Source: Camelus ferus (taxonomy: Eukaryota). From it: a stretch of DNA of 64,000 bases. Location: NCBI RefSeq assembly GCF_009834535.1, contig NC_045697.1, positions 106,270,001 through 106,334,000 of the forward strand, written 5' to 3'. This document shows, one piece after another, positions 62,585-64,000 of this stretch (within the stretch, counting starts at the first letter, position 1; the number at the start of each line of letters is the position of its first letter). Both the position numbers and the translations under genes were made by a program. Below the pieces are notes generated by a model. It was not told the origin of the DNA. It worked only from the letters and a program-made list of their open reading frames with translations, and did not search any database.

Positions 62585-63025
62585 CAGCTTTATTTATAAC
62601 AATTAAAAACTGGAAACAATTCAGATTAGCAGGAGAACAGATAGATACCCTGTGGTACTGTCAAACAATTGACTACTACTCAGCAGTAAAAAGAATACAC
62701 TACTGATATACGCAACAACATGGATAAATCTCAAAAACATTTTGCTAAATGAAACAAGTAAGACAAGAACACATACATAATATATGATTTCACTTATATG
62801 AAATTCCTAAATTGCCAAAACTAAACTATGATGATAGAAATCAGATCAGTGTTTACTTCTAGAGGTGGAGAGCAGGGAAGGGGTAGATTGACTGGGAAGT
62901 GGTAGACAGGAAATTCCTGAACTGATAGTAATGCTGTGTCTTGATATCTGTTTCTCAAAACTGGATGAATGGTACATTTGAGATATGAGCATTTCACTAC
63001 TGTAAATTATATTTCAATAAAAAAT
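62585..63025 (+). mobile_element. Old L1 (L1MC/ME) 3' end
   Basis: CAACAACATGGATAAATCTCAAAAACAT...ATAGAAATCAGATCAGTG...TAAATTATATTTCAATAAAAAA. Confidence 0.85.
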
Positions 63026-63136
63026 AATTTAAATATTTTATGTATCTTCTATTATTATCTCCACACAAGTGACATATTATTGTTATGGTGTCAAATCAAA
63101 TTTGAATTATAGTCCTAAAAGGTTAAAAATCTCCTC

Positions 63137-63547
63137 ATACTAAGTGAAGTAAGCCAGAAAGAGAAAGAAAAATACCATCTATTATTCATTGTGTAACCTA
63201 AAAAAAAAAGAAAGAAAAAGGACACTAATGAATTCATCTACAAAACAGAAATAGACTTGCAGACATAGTAAACAATCTTATGGTTACCAGGGGAAAGAGG
63301 GTGGGAAGGGATAAATTTGGGAGTTTGAGATTTGCAAATGTTGGCCACTATATATAAAAATAGATGTAAAAAAAAAAAACCCAAGTTTCTTCTGTATAGC
63401 ACAGGGAACTATATTCAGTATCTTGTAATAACCTTTAATGAAAAAGAATATAAAAATGAATATATGTATGTATATGTATGACTGGGACATTGTGCTGTAC
63501 ACCAGAAATTGATACATTGTAACTGACTATACTTCAATTAAAAAAAA
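63137..63547 (+). mobile_element. Young lineage-specific (camelid-type) L1 3' end with perfect 12-bp TSD
   Basis: Long poly(A) tail. TSD AAAAATCTCCTC at 63125-63136 and 63548-63559, at a TT/AAAA endonuclease site. Confidence 0.93.
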
Positions 63548-64000
63548 AAAAATCTCCTCGCAAATATCTTAAAGGTACTCTCTATTTGAAGTTGAGAACA
63601 AATAATTCACAAAACAATTGAGAGCATTTCAAAATCTAAATTGCCAAGTAGTTTTCCTGGGACCAAGCTCCTGTTCTCTCATGGAAAATGAACTAAATTT
63701 AAAAATAATTTTCCAAATGTTGCATTCAGGTGGTTTTCTGTTGAGGACGATCAGAATTCTTGTAGATATTTCAAATTTATTAGTATGAGACTTTTTTAAC
63801 TTTAGAACTTATGCAGTATTTACTGATTTGAGCATTAATTCTCCATTCTAAAATTAGTAATCAAAGTTTAATACTTCACAATTTACAGTTAACTTTTACA
63901 TAAACAGTCTCATCTGATTCTCATATCCAACATGAAAAATAGAGGGATTCCCTCCCTCATTATAAATAAGACAAAATTATGGTTTTCTCTTCTTATACTC

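Noticed and set aside
1..64000. CRISPR arrays, rRNA, tRNA, prokaryotic operons or a novel multi-gene system
   Set aside because: The window is mammalian intronic DNA; no regularly spaced repeats, RNA genes or gene-dense organisation were seen.

Overview
AT-rich, repeat-dense mammalian genomic DNA. It is most likely camelid, inferred from the young L1 3' ends of the '...ACCAGAAATTGACAC...GACTATACTTCAATAAAAA' type and from the absence of recognisable Alu, B1, Bov-A/tA, PRE-1 or SINEC elements. The whole window lies inside the minus-strand gene IQCM (IQ motif containing M). Four internal coding exons (49734-49622, 30469-30411, 11094-10899, 3130-2986) have canonical AG/GT boundaries, compatible phases and no stops, and they encode the IQ motif (IQALIRGWLERRRF). 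The rest is intron filled with L1, L2, L3/CR1, MIR, MaLR/ERVL/ERV1 solo LTRs, MER5/MER46C DNA transposons and microsatellites. Repeat family names come from recalled consensus sequences, not a database run, and old-repeat boundaries are approximate. I found no convincing novel biological system. The best leads are: (i) several non-repeat, exon-like segments on the IQCM sense strand that may be alternative or fossil exons, including an in-phase 107-codon candidate terminal exon; (ii) two same-family solo LTRs that mimic a provirus but each have their own TSD; (iii) two twin-primed (5'-inverted) L1 insertions; (iv) an LTR-borne CTCF motif.
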